Part shown: piece by piece, positions 26,010 to 40,500 of the stretch
Layout: each line of letters begins with the position of its first letter
Numbering within the stretch: position 1 is the stretch's first letter
NCBI RefSeq assembly: GCF_006345805.1
Contig: NC_043019.1
Coordinates: 21,947,360 to 22,011,359, forward strand
Source: Octopus sinensis
Taxonomy: Eukaryota
DNA length: 64,000 nucleotides
Direction of reading: 5' to 3'
Notes under the pieces: generated by a model
The model's input: only the letters and a program-made list of their open reading frames with translations
Database searches by the model: none
Told to the model about the DNA's origin: nothing
Made by a program: the position numbers and the translations under genes

Positions 26010-26640
26010 GACATCAACTTAAAGGGCTTTAGTCTCTTTCACCAAATTGCTAAGTTATGTGGATGTAAACAAACCAACACTGGTTGTCAAGCAGCAGTGG
26101 AGAACAAACAGACAGACACACACACATATACATACACTTATATGATGAGCTTCTTTCATTTTTGTCTACCAAAAATCAATCTATCACAGAGCTTTGATCG
26201 GCCTGGGGCTATAGTAGAAGACACTTGCTGAAGGTGCCACACACTGGAACTAAAGCTGAAACCATGTGATTGGGAAGTAAACTTCTTACTACACACCCCT
26301 GCCAATAACTATTTTATTCTATTTTATCAGTTTCATTCACTGGATTGCAATCATCTTGATACCACTGCTAATTTCAGCCCAGTACTTATTTCTCAATCTC
26401 TACTTGTCAAATGGCTAAGTTATATTTTCACATGAAGGGAAATAACTCAGTACACTCTTTTTATGCCAATAAAGAGGCTCCAGTATGGTTGTGTAGTTAA
26501 GAAGTTTGCTTCCTAACCACATGGTTTCAGGTTCAACCCCAATATGTGATACCTTGGACAAGTGTCTTCTACTATAATCTTGGACCAACCAATGCTTTGT
26601 GTGTGAATTTCGTAGACAGAAGTTATACAAAGCCTGTCAC
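26010..26640. mobile_element. Two CORE-type SINE copies in opposite orientation (about 26040-26300 minus; 26480-26640 plus)
   Basis: Family head/CORE motifs on both strands. Confidence 0.68.
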
Positions 26641-28439
26641 AAGTGTGTGCATGTGTATGTCTGGTGTGTGTGTGTGTGTGTGTGTGTGCACATGCATGTA
26701 TGTGTATGTGTGTAATTGCATATGTCCTGTATGCACAGTAAAATTACTCAGTTACAGAGAGTGTTGTCTGTTTCCATTTACCTGTCAACAAATTACCCAG
26801 TAGCTCAGCTTTCAAAGAGAAGCAGAATAAAAACACTGTTCTTTGAAAAACAAGTAAGAGTTAGCAACAGGAAGGGCACTAGGCTGCAAAAACAAAGCCT
26901 CAAGAATAGTGATTAATCTAACTCATGCTTGCATAGAAAAAAAGAATGAATGAAAAACTATAGAATGGTTAACAAACGAGTAGAGAAAATGTAGGGTTGA
27001 AAGGAGGACTTAAGTTTTATATTGTTGATGACATAACCTCTGCAGAGCTGGTGTCATGATAAAATGCACCAAGTACACTCTGTAACATGGTTTTTATGTT
27101 AGGAATGGCATCAAACCATAAAAACCAAGCCAAAACTGAAATATGTGAGTGAGATGACACACACATCTAGAAGTACAGTTAACTTTCAAAAATATTTTAT
27201 TCAACTCTAAAGGATGAAAGACAAAATTTTAGTGGTTGAGTGTAAATAAGATGTTACCACTAATTTTTATGTGAAGGATGCAATAAGGAAATGAGACATC
27301 ATTTAACTTTAACACATTTTTATTGTTGTGAGTGAAAGCAATGAGCTGCCTTGTCTCAGTCAAATATATACAGTATTCACATGGAGAGGTCATAGAGATT
27401 ACTGGAGTTAACACAACCTAAGCAAAACATTTTGTAAATAACGAGTATACTTTGTTGAACATGTGGTCAGAGAAAAATAGCAGTAGTCAGAACATTTCAG
27501 TGAAGCTCTTGCATGCTGTCCTGGTGTAGGCAAACTGAAAGAGAGATCCGTGCTTTTTGGTGTCCAAGCAGCAAGACAGAAAGAAAGCTCACGACAACTG
27601 GAATATATAGGTGTCAAATGCGACACTACCTGGTGGTGTTTACCAGCAAAGGAACATAATTCAGCTATCCTCACTAGTCTACTACATCATCCCTCTCCGA
27701 AAACCATTCTTGGTAACTTTCAGAATTTGTAGAAGAGCAGAGTAAGGCAATGGCACAAAGGGAGGAGGAAAGGAAAAAAAAACATTAATATTTACTTTCT
27801 GTGATCGGGAAGGAAAATATCTGTCCTGATTTGTTGATCAGAGAGAGTGGTCTCAGAGTGGCAGAAAGTTAAGACTGGCAGCCAAAAGTACAAGTCAAGA
27901 AAAGCAGGAATGCATGGATGTACCAGCAAAAGGACTTAATTTGGCTATCCTCACTAGTCTCCTATAAAGTCAACCTGAATGGAACTTGAGCTCAGAATGG
28001 AAGAATTGCCACTCAACAGTTTATCCAGTATACAAATAATTCTAACAGTTTATCACCTAAGCCAGAACAAATTCTACATAACAGTTTTTTCTGCCACCCT
28101 ATCACCTTAGTCACAAATATATTCACAGCATTTCTTTCAACTCTGAGAAGATTATTGTAATGTCAAATTCTAGGAGAATCTGAACTCAGGACTAAGAGAA
28201 ACAAAACTAAATATTGCATTATTTATTTAGCTCAAACAGTTCAACATTATGTCAACTCACTGCCCTCTTTGCTGATAAAGCAATATTTTCATCTACAGGC
28301 AACTACATTGATAAAACAAAACAACAGTCAACAATCATACCTGAACTGACTCTTGAAAACTGAAACAGAATTGATAAACGATAGCAACCAACAACAGCCT
28401 TTAAATATTAATGCATCAATTACTGACTACAGTGCATAG

Positions 28440-28822
28440 ATACATACACATATGTATACACACACATACATATATATATATATATACGTATATACATACA
28501 TACACACACATGTACATACATATGCACACATTTGTACATAAATACATATAAATACACATATACACACATATACATATATGTGTGTGTATATATAGAGAGA
28601 TATACACACACACATATATACACACATACATATATACACACATACACATACACACTGACACATATAGACATACATACACACACATGTATACACATATATA
28701 TGCACACATATACACATATATATACACATATACATATATATATACCCAAACATACATATATACATGCATATATATACATACTTATATATACACATATCTA
28801 TATATATATGCACATACATATA
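28440..28822. repeat. Long imperfect (TA/TACA/CA)n microsatellite
   Basis: Directly visible; source of the spurious YI/CV-rich ORFs. Confidence 0.95.
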
Positions 28823-29356
<534 letters not shown>

Positions 29357-29772
29357 TATAGTTTCTCAGTCAAAGCTAACCTGAGCACAACAACAACACC
29401 TATTAAAAATGAATCAAAATATCTCCAAATCTTCATTGATGGACTTGTCAAAAATGGCACTGCTCTTCTTTCTGAACTCTCAACATCTAGTTCATGCTCT
29501 TTCATATTCTATTTCCATCACCAAAACTCAAAATTCACTAGATTCTGTTTGAGTCTATAACAGAAACTGTACATGGTGGCAGCCAAACATTCTTCATATC
29601 ATATACATGACCATCATAAAAAGAGAAAGAACTGTGAAACCAGAATCATATATGAGTGGATGCTGAAAAGTTCCTGGTTTTAAGGATACTGAATTTGTAG
29701 TACTGTTACCTTTCCAAGGGTGGTAGGACAACTACTTATGTGTGTGTGTATATATATATATATATACAGACT

Positions 29773-29826
<54 letters not shown>

Positions 29827-29845
29827 CTCACACATATATGTATAC

Positions 29846-29899
<54 letters not shown>

Positions 29900-30050
29900 G
29901 GCGCGGGCATGGCTGTGTGGTTAGGGAGCTTGCTTCCTAGCTACATGGTTTCGGGTTCAGTCCCACTGCGTGGCACTTTGGGTAGGTGTCTTCCACTATA
30001 GCCCGAGCCGACCGGAGCTTTGTGATTGAATTCGGTAGGTGGAAGTTACT
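29900..30050 (+). mobile_element. CORE-type SINE 5' half
   Basis: GGCGCGGGCATGGCTGTGTGG head and GGTTCAGTCCC B-box; CpG-rich. Confidence 0.78.
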
Positions 30051-31329
30051 GCCGTGTGTGTATGTGTGCGTATAGCTGCTCAGTGCCTCCCCGAAAGAGA
30101 GAGAGGGATATACATACATACACACACACATATATATATACACACACATATATATAGATGTAACATATGGTATAATTATAAACAGGGCAAATTTTAGCCA
30201 TTCCTCTGCAGACTGAAATAGAAATGAACAACCTTAATCAATTTTCAAACCTTATTGGGTTCTCATCAAAGGCGTCTACACGATTCTAACAGTCCCCAGA
30301 GAAAGAACTGTTTATATACTCAATAAATGCAGCAGTTACTCTCTGAAGGAGTTCCTAATTTGTATACCAAATGTGTTTAACACTCTATAAATAAGCATTG
30401 GCCTTTCAACGGGAATCTTAGTTCACACAGTATTAAGGTATGATATAATAAATATGTAACATATAGTGTATATAAATATATATATATATATATATATACA
30501 TACATTTCAGCACCCCCTTGTAGTCTGAGATACATTGTGCATTAAAAGAATTTAAAATTGCACAGGAAGAGAGAGAGTTGATGGAGAGAAGGGGGAAAGG
30601 AGGTGGAGAGGAGGGAAGGAAGGAGAGGAAGGAAGGAGAGGAAGGAAGGAGAGGAAGGAAGAGAGGAAGAGGAGAAAGTGATGCAGAGGAGGCAGAAGAG
30701 GAGAATGGTTTAACCTTTAATGATCATATATCTGTTGGATCAAGGCTGAATTGATCTTAAAGAATAAGAACAATGGATAATTAAAACGAGCACCTATCCA
30801 TCGCTGCCCATCACACCTCACATTTCTTCATCCCTTCCAACTAAAAAAAAACTTCACCAAACAGAAAGAGAGTAAAGAAAGACAAAGAAGAAAGTATAAC
30901 TTTAACTTTGTGGTCGAAAGAACCTCCGGCTTGGAGAAGACGGGGAAAATAATAAAAACAAAAGATAAACCCTTTCTTTAACAAGCCATTGCATAACCGA
31001 CCAACCATTGCCAACATGAGAGAGAGAGCATGACTAAAAGATAGTTGAAGTCAAGTTTTCTTGCTATTCATGAAAACCCGTCTGTGTTATTTGAACAAAC
31101 AGTACTTCCTTCTTCGTCACCAGCTTTCTGTCAACATGTCATGCAACTTAATAAAATGGCTTATGAATTATACAAAACAATTTACCTCTGCATACAAGGA
31201 AACGTAATATCTATTCAGATCTCCTACCACACTTGGATAATTAAGTTGCTTATGTAATGTGTTTCTTCTCAATGGTAAAGGAAAAAAAATATTGATTATA
31301 TACAAGTGCGTGTGTGGGCATCTGTGTGT

Positions 31330-31710
31330 GTATACACACACACACACACAAACATATATACAAATACATACATACATGTATATATACATATACATACATA
31401 TATACATATATATATATATACATATGTATTTATATATACATATATATATATACATACATATATGTATATACATATTATATATATACATACATATATATAT
31501 ACATACATATATATATGTATGTATGTATACATATATATATATACATATATACATGTATATATACATACATATATATGTATGTATATATACATATATATAC
31601 ATACATATATACATATATATACATACATATATACATATATATACATACATATATACATATATATACATACATATATATGTATACATATACATATTTACAT
31701 ACATATAGAT
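31330..31710. repeat. Long imperfect (TA/TACA)n microsatellite
   Basis: Directly visible. Confidence 0.95.
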
Positions 31711-32204
31711 AAATATAAAAATGAGTAAGTGAAATATCTAAGGACACATGACTATGAACTACAGTATAGTTAAATACATACACATTAAAAGTTCAGAAAT
31801 AAATATGTAGAAGTATTGTATGTGAGTGCACTATGTATATCATGGTCATTGTCATTTTAACGTCCACTCTTCCAGGTTTTCATGGAGCAGATGAAATTTC
31901 TTGAGGCAGATTTTCTACAGCTTGATGCCCTTCTTGTCATCAAGTCTCACCTGTTCTCAAGCAATTGGATTTTTTTCTCTTGGACAGACATGATTTCATG
32001 AAAGATTGGAAATGAACAGCACTGCTTGAATAACAATAATACTCTTTTGCAATTATCATGCAATGTCAAGGAGACACAAGCATACACATGTGCACCTTTG
32101 GATGCATGCACACACACAACCTTCCTTCAGTTTCTCACAAACAGATCCATGCACAAAGCTTCGGTCAGCCTAGGGTTATAGTACAAGACACTCTATAATT
32201 CCTA

Positions 32205-32250
<46 letters not shown>

Positions 32251-33129
32251 GGTATGTGTTTGAAGTGATGTACAGATACTGTATATTAAGAAAAAGGAGG
32301 TAGTTGAATTTTGGATAATTCTTTATTAGTGCTTTCTTTCATATAAAAACAGACATTAAATGACGATGATGATATATATTTATAAGCATATGAGCACATG
32401 CATACGTATGTATACAGGGGAATACCTGTATTATTTTTGCAATTAAAAGACAAAAAAACTTCCTTTGGGGTTATCTAAAATCAAAAAAAAGGGGGAAACC
32501 ACTCCAATATTAGTAATCCAAATGCTTGTTTTGTTTTTAGATTTTAACCACCCAGAGAGGGGGAACTGAAAAAAAACATATGTACACAATCCTATATATA
32601 CATTTTGTATAGGCATGCTCATGAGTATGTGTTTGTATGCACACAAACACTACAAAACAAACACACATGAACGTATAACTAAACTTGCTCAGCTGCTAAA
32701 AAGAAACTCCTATCCTCATTTAATGAGTGGTGATTTAACTAACAGCTGAACACCGAATCTCTATTACAGCAGTCCTCAAGTAGAGAACTAATCAGCTCAG
32801 CATTTATTTCTAAATGATTCCTCTTTAACCAACCTTCATAAAAATATAGAAATGAAGATGTGGAATTTCAACTCTTCCCATTTCTTTCAAATAAAGATAA
32901 TGAGTTCTTTCTTGTTGTTTGTTGTTGATTTTGTGGTGAATGAACCTGAAAAATTTATTGCTGAAATAAAGTCTAATCCAATATCATATATATATAAGGA
33001 CAATATTACATGATGCTTAAATGTTATATATATTCACACACATCCTTTATTAAATATCAAGCTTAGCACACTACAAAAGTTAGGGGTTTTTTTAATATCA
33101 TTTGAGCTTTATCTATAAACTTGTTCCAG

Positions 33130-33470
33130 TCGCTGGACCCTGGCCATGCTGGGGTACCAGCCTGAAAGATTTTGTTGAATAAATTGAACCCAGTACTTAT
33201 TTTCTAAGCTTGGTACATATTTGCCAAACTGCTAAGTTACATGCCTAAATGCCAATCAATATCAGTTGTCAAGCATTGTGAGGGGGACAAACACAAAAGT
33301 AAACACACAAACATATATGTACAATGGATTTCCACAGTTTCCATCAACTAAATTCACTCACTGGGACTATAGTAGGAGACATTTGCCCAAAGTGCCACAC
33401 AGTGGAACTGAACCCAAAAACCAGGTGCTTGCAATGCAAACTTCTTAACCACAGCTGTGCCTATGCCTCT
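33130..33470 (-). mobile_element. CORE-type SINE copy (old)
   Basis: Family motifs. Confidence 0.7.
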
Positions 33471-33484
33471 ATATATAAAGATCT

Positions 33485-33870
33485 TCCTCAAAGTGGAGGG
33501 CAGATTGTATGATGCGTGTGTTAGGATTGCAGTGCTGCATTATAGTGAGACATGGGCCTTCAATGCAGAGGACTTGAGAAGATTTGTAAAAGATGAGATC
33601 AGCATGCTCCATTTATGTACAATGTAGGTATGCATGAAAAGCATAGTACAAATGGACTGAGGAAAAAACTAATTAGAGGAATCAGATGTAATGAGCACTG
33701 GTATGGACATGTGATATGTATGGATGAGGACAGCTGTATAAAGAAGTGCTAATAAATTAATATGGATGGATTTTGCAGAAGGAAACTGGGAGAAAAAGAA
33801 ATGAAGGCTGACTTCAGGACCTTGAATTTCATGGAGATAACAAGAGACCAGGATGACTGGTGATATGCGC
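33485..33870 (+). mobile_element. Degenerate RTE LINE ORF2 C-terminal fragment
   Basis: LKVEGRLYDACVR.AVLHYSETWA and HWYGHV motifs, homologous to the copies at 55-58 kb. Confidence 0.8.
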
Positions 33871-34544
33871 TAATATGCGCACCCATCATCTCTCTAATTG
33901 CAACTTATCTTTCTTATGGTCCAGAACCATTTCCCTAGATATCCATCCTTCATTCGTATACAGTCCTCTCTACCCACATTTTACATTGATCGTCCCTTTG
34001 AGTCTTCAAATTATCTCTCTCTCTCCCCTAACATACATCTCTCACTCTCCCCACAAACTATACCAGCCTCTTTCCCCAACATTCTGGCAACCTATCCAAC
34101 AACATATCATCTCTCTTTCCTTCTCTCTCTTCTATCCCACCATTATATTTGCTACTCGCCACTCCCATGGATCATTTGTCACCCCCACTCCTTATCCAGT
34201 ATTCTTTATATCCATTCCATAACACTTATTCATTCTTAATTCATTACATTCAACCCTTCACTTATTCCCCATCACTTACTCTCCCATACTCCCACACTCC
34301 AGTTCTTCTGTTTCCACTCACATTTACTCACTTTGTAGCTTGCAGATATACCCAAACACCTCATGACTTTTTTCTCCTTTCCCAGTCCACTTTGATCACC
34401 CCCACACTGTAAGAAACCAGTCCTGGTCTGGCCCTTTCTCTCATACTTTAACCCAGCCCCCTATCTCCTGCCATAAAGCTGACTCACTCTGGATCTGTAG
34501 TCTGACAAGTGCATCAGCACAAGTGAGGTCCCTATGCAGCTGAC

Positions 34545-34742
34545 TTCATTAGTGCTGGTGGCATGAAAATCCACCCAGTGCCCGCCATAAAGTGGTTGGC
34601 ATTAGGAAGGGCATCCAGCCATAAAAACCATACCAAAGCAGACAGCGAAGCATGATGCAATCCTTTGACCTATAAGTTCCTGTCATACCATCCAACCTAT
34701 GCCAGCATGCATAGAACATAGACATCAAATGATGATGATGAA
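34545..34742 (+). mobile_element. RTE-tail retroposon copy (diverged)
   Basis: GGTTGGCATTAGGAAGGGCATCCAGC core and (GAT)n tail. Confidence 0.75.
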
Positions 34743-35446
34743 ACTGCAATAGACTAGTGATCAATTCCATGTGCATAATTTATCTATGCTTATCTTGTGT
34801 AATATGAGAGAAACCAAAAAAAGCCAGCAATATCTTTTGTTAATCCTCATGGCTTTGGAAAATAGATTTAAACTTATAAGAATATCTCCAAGTAAGTTAA
34901 AGCAATAACTAAACCAGACTAACAATAATACTAAAACTAAACAAGTACTGGAGCTAATACATGTCAGCTTTATGATTCCAAACATTCTAGGCTGAAAAAG
35001 CTGTCAGAGATTTTACCAAAGATCTTGCTCTGGAAGAAAGCCCAGAGTTTCTATTTATTATTCTTCACTTTTCTTTTATTTCTTCATTCTTTTATGTATA
35101 CACTTTTCTTTTTATCCATTTTTGATTATCCTTCTTTTTTTTTTTTTTTTTCACATGTTTCGTAGGTAATCTTATCTATGCGTTCTCACATAATAAATTT
35201 CTATCGTGAAACAATTTCACTGGGAAAGAGTATTTTGGCAATAAACTAGAAAGAGAAATGAAGTAGCAACAAGTTCTATAGCTAAGTTCAGTTATAAAAG
35301 ATGTAATACCCATGTACTGAGTCATTCTGGAAGACATTTTAAAACTGTTTTGTGAGTAAGTTCATGAAGTTTTGATGTACAAGAAAAAGTTACAGGAAAT
35401 AATTTGCCGACTTTGAGGACTCCAAAATTCACTTAAAAAGACTTAA

Positions 35447-35645
35447 CTCTTTAGCATTTAATCTGGCTACATCAGGTCCAGATAATCCACCTGTTTTATG
35501 TTCAAACCAATCATATCTGGCCTCTCACACCTAACCAACTATGTCATTCTAAACATACACAATTATATCATATCTTAAGGCTATGAAATAGTGCATGATT
35601 AATTCAAAACAATATATTTGATAGAGTAATCTGAATGCTAAAGGG
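35447..35645. mobile_element. TTAA-flanked MITE, second family
   Basis: TTAA|CTCTTTAGCATT ... AATGCTAAAGGG|TTAA; related copies at about 37316-37543 (opposite orientation) and 54357-54500 (partial). Confidence 0.8.
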
Positions 35646-36279
35646 TTAATTCCTAATTTACTCCATTAGATTTTAAATTATGGCCACAATTCATTAGCTG
35701 GAATTTAATTAAATTTTTAAAATATTATTTGATATCCAAAATTAGGAAATGGATTTAGGATACACTGGCTAATGCATATAGATATACTATATTTGAATAA
35801 AAGAAATGATAGTTATGGCTAGAACAGCTTTATCATAGTTGCATATCAATCCCTCAAACAGGCTGGAGATGAGCAGTAACAACAACTACTTCAATTGAGA
35901 ACTTGCTTTTTCGTCTTTTTTATCAGGAAGGAAAGCAGTTCTCATAACATTCTTTTGGAACCTCTAAGATTGTGGGAAGGGGGGAGGGAGGGAAGGAAGG
36001 AAGGAAGGAACCCTCAAACTGGACTCATGGCCCTAATGCTTGCAACAGAATGTATTCTATTAATGGCATGCAAGTGTACCAAAGTAGTGGTATTATACCA
36101 GGTCACTGATTAAGACTACCATCCAAGTAGGCCATGGTGTGATTTGAACTCAGAATGCAGAGTCAAAGCAAATACAGCAAAGCATTCTACCTAACACTCT
36201 AACAACTCTGCTAATTTGCACTTAACTGACTGATTTCGTCATTTAATAAGGTGCCTTGACCAATGAGACAATTGGTCAT

Positions 36280-36545
36280 TCATCATCATCATCCTTATTT
36301 AGTGTCCATTTTCCATGCTGGCATGGATTGGACAGTTTGATGGGAGCAGGCAGAGCAGAGCTGCACCAGGCTCCAGTTGTCTGTTTTGGCATGGTTTCTA
36401 TGGTTGGATGCCCTTCCCAATGCCAACCAGTTTACAGAGTACTGGGTGCTTTTTACATAATACCAGCACAGGGCTTTATATGTGGCACCAGTACAAATGT
36501 TTTTCACATGGCACCAGCTGGCTGCTTTTTACATCACACTAGCAC
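36280..36545 (-). mobile_element. RTE-tail retroposon copy (diverged)
   Basis: (CAT)n, CCATGCTGGCATGG, GGATGCCCTTCC core and degenerate head modules. Confidence 0.75.
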
Positions 36546-39500
36546 ATTAATATGCACTAACTGGACACAATAAGTTCAGTCTGAAAGTTCATATACTGCA
36601 GGTTCCCTAACCTTGTCTAAGTCCCTTAACTTCAATCTCTGTAAAAGCATTATCCTTAATATAAATACAAACCAGCAAGGGAGCTTAAACGTAGTCACTG
36701 AACATGTAAGAAATAGCAGCCAATTTGCCCCGAATCCACACCTTATCCACTTTAAAAAAAGGATAATACATAAATTCAGGGAGATTTGACTTCTATTTCT
36801 TCAAACTATTTCTTTAGACAGATAGACAGACAGACAGATATAGCTTGCTGTTTATTCCTCCTTTACCATGATTCTTTTCTGTCGAACAGGTAATTTTATC
36901 TGCATGTTCTCACAAAATTTCTATCATGAAACAACTTTAACCTCACAACTATCAACTGTAAATATAACTTAAATCCTATCATCTTTAAAAAGTATAAGAT
37001 AATGCGTGGAACTTATCTTATCTTTGTAACACAAGAGAAACTAAGATAACAAAAACATCCTAATTAATTAACATGATTAAAAAAACAAAACAAAGAAGAA
37101 AGACACATTGAACATTATATCCAGAGATACATTATGTCTGAAAAGCAATAAGACAAGTTGCTTATGGTGGTAATGTCTTTGATCATGTATCTGCTTGACC
37201 AGAGCCACATTAGGACAAAACAACAACAAAAATATTTAATTTTAAGAAAAAAAAATTGAAAATTATCATCACCAGTAATGTTTATACCACTTAACCAAAG
37301 AAAATAGTAACTATTTAACCCTTTGCCACTCACATTACTCTGACAAATGTTATACTTGTTTATTCATGTTGTTTTGAATTAATCATGCATTAATCTTGTA
37401 GCCTTCAGATTTTTTAAGATGCAACTTTATTTTCAGAATGAGATTGTAGGGTAGGTGCAAGGGGCCAGATCAAGCTAGTTTGGACATAAAACAGGTAGAA
37501 TATTTTAGCTGGATACAACCTGTTTAAATGTTTAAAGGATTATAAAAAACATAGAATTCACACTCTATAATGAAAGTCTTTCAGATTTCATTTGTTTAAT
37601 ATATCCTCAGACAGAGAAATTAAGGAAAATTAACCCAATATAGCAATCAAAAGGCAATCAAAGAAAGCAAGGTATCTTCAAAAGTGCATCAATTTCAACA
37701 GACAACACTGTCTCTCAAAAAGAAACAAAATATAAAAGAAAGAAAAAAAAGGTGAAACCTGCCCAATACATAAATAGAAAGTAGGCATTGGAACTGTGTC
37801 GCACAGATTCCGCCTAAGGATTATATTAACTTTACACATATCTGTGGAATATTCAGCCACTCTATGCAATCATTTTGTTCATGCCCTGGGCAAGCCTTGA
37901 CCAAACAGATATATAATCAAAATCTTTATTTATAGAGTGTGTATAGGAACTCAGTTTATATATCCAAAGTAATTATATTTTAAGACAGTGGAGTACGAGT
38001 TACAGGAAATTTTACTTGCTATTCCTAGCACATAGAGTGACCTCAAAGGGGCTATGTCCTTTACACTGAATAGATAGTTTTGCCAAAAGAACAACTGGAG
38101 TGTGCATCAGCAATACTGACAATGAACCTTTTCATTTGTTTGTATATGTATGTGCATGTATACATGCACATATATATATTAAGTTTTAATTTATATACAC
38201 GTAAATTAAAATCAAATTATTTTTAATATTCAAATTTTATCCTTAACTGCAATATTTTAAGTAAAAAATTTCTTGTTCTGTACTTTACCAGATGTAATAA
38301 GTTGTCTTGAACTTTTCCAAGTGCAATAGCTTGTCCTGTAATTTTCCAGGTTTATAATCTTAAGAATATTATTTCTCTTGCTCGCATTTTTCCATGTAAT
38401 CCACGTTTCTTCCAGGCTATGCTATTATGCTAATTAATAATGCATCAAATGTGTCTATTAGCAGTAGGTACAGATTAAAGCAGAAAAGAAAAGACAGACA
38501 GTTTGGCAAGACTTGAGGACATTTGATTTAGCTATATAATAATAAAAGGTTTAGGTAGTCTCTGACAGCTGTTTCTAGAATATTCCAGATATTTGAACAT
38601 CGTATCAAGCAAAGTTTCCATATGTTGAGTATTCCGTCACCTTCATCAATGATAGATGTTGTAGCTCATATCTGGAAAGGGAGGAAGAATCCAACTAAAT
38701 CCATGGATTACTATCTAACCATTCTCTTTGATCATGGATTTACTGAATGAATACCCGTTTTAATATCCATGGTTGTGTTCCAGTTATACTGTTTTTTTTT
38801 CACAGAGTGATATACAGACAAGGTATAAATAATGGTCATTGCATATTTCTTTACTGTACTAAATTTCACTTACAGCTGTAAGTCAAATTTGCTACAATAA
38901 AAAAAATATATAATGACCACTATTTATGTCTTGTGTGTGTGTGTGTGTGCATGTAGGTGAAAGCAAACTAAGCTTATTATAGATAACAGAGCAGTGCTCA
39001 AATGGATGGTAACTTAAGCTCCAACCTCTTCATCCAGAGCCTGGACCTTTACATCAAACGTCAGCTGTAAGAACAATCCTTATTGAGCTGTAACGGAGTT
39101 AGTGAGGTAGACAAACACAGGTAGGCTTGAGTTGTATATTTACGCAGAGCACAGAAAATAGAGATTACAGAATAAAGAAAAAAACGATAACTAAAGAACA
39201 GCAAGAATTATGTAAAGTCTTATCTCTTTACATAATTGTTCTGTTCTGTTGTTATCTTTTTTTCTCTATTCTGTAATCTGTACTTTCTGAGTTCTGTGTA
39301 AATATGTCTAAATCCTACCCGTGTTTACCTTACTACTTCTCTCTCTCTGTCTCAAATATATATAAATATATATAATTAGATAGATAGAAAGTTATACACA
39401 CACATGTTGAGTTCCATTTCTCCTGTTTGTTCCACCAAATTAATGTGTGTGTGTGTGCGTTGATTAATTATATTTACAGTTGATTGTTCAAGACACATCA

Positions 39501-39933
39501 TACAGTATATTGTATTTATATAATTACATAAATGAAACTGTAACTCCTAATTGGGATTTGAGAAAATATATAAATGCAATATGTCTATCATAAGTTAGCA
39601 AAAAAAAAAAAAAAAAAGAAAAAGAAAAAGGACAAAACACAGGTTTTGTTCTTTCATGAAACAACACATTTTTAATTAACTTTAATAAGCAAGTAATTTA
39701 TACAGGAAAATGATTTATCCCAGCATACCTCACATAATTACAGTTGCATCAGATGATAATATATTTCTTCCTGTAAATTCTAGTTTCTGAAATCCTCACT
39801 GACTCTACATTTCCATCAAATTTAAAACATTCTTAAGCCACTGATAATAGTAAATATGAAAAAGAGGAATGAGACTAAAAAATCAGTTTTTCATCTTCTT
39901 CTTCTTCTTCTTATTATTATTATTATTATTATT

Positions 39934-40318
39934 ACTAGCAGTATTGCCCGGCGTTGCTCAGGTTTGTAAGGGAAATAACTATAAAGCATTTTTAGAGAGT
40001 TATAGCCAAAAAATAGCAAAAAAATGGAAAAAAAATGATGGTAAATTTTTTTGAGAGTTAAAAAAGGTGGAGTTGCGTCCCCTAGACGGTCTGTGGTTTG
40101 GGTTTCTGATTCTCGACCCCATGTCGAATTTATCGATTTTTTTCAGAACTGGGGGAACTTTTCAAAATTTTCGCTGCGTTAGTTTTGAATTATGACATTG
40201 GGCTATGTGTGTGTCAAGTTTCATCAGAATCGGTTGAAAGCCATGGTCAGAGTGAGGGTACGAGAAAACAGACACACAGAAAACGCACAGACAAACTGCC
40301 GTTTATATAGAGAGAGAT
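39934..40318 (+). mobile_element. Non-autonomous Helentron/HINE-like (rolling-circle) element
   Basis: Starts ACTAGCAGTATTGCCCGGCGTTGCTCAGG, ends ACAGACAAACTGCCGTTTATATAGAGAGAGAT; sits between T and T in a (TTA)n tract with no TSD. Organisation resembles DINE-1/Lep1-type elements (from recall). Confidence 0.7.
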
Positions 40319-40344
40319 TATTATTCTTATTATTATTATTAAAC

Positions 40345-40500
40345 TCAGAATGTCTTTACATTCTGAGTTCAAATTCCTCTGAGGCCAACTTTGTCTTTCA
40401 TCCTTTCAGGGGTCAATAAAATAAATACCAGTTGAGAACTGGGATCGATGTAACTGACTTAGCTCTGAAATTGCTGGCCTTGTGCCAAAATTTGAAAGCA
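40345..40500 (+). mobile_element. Third SINE-like family (TCTGAGTTCAAATTCC...CTTTCATCCTTTCAGGGGTCAATAAAAT); other copies at about 20118-20250, 52820-53060 (minus) and 63695-63780
   Basis: B-box-like GAGTTCAAATTCC plus a shared central motif seen several times in the window. Confidence 0.7.
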
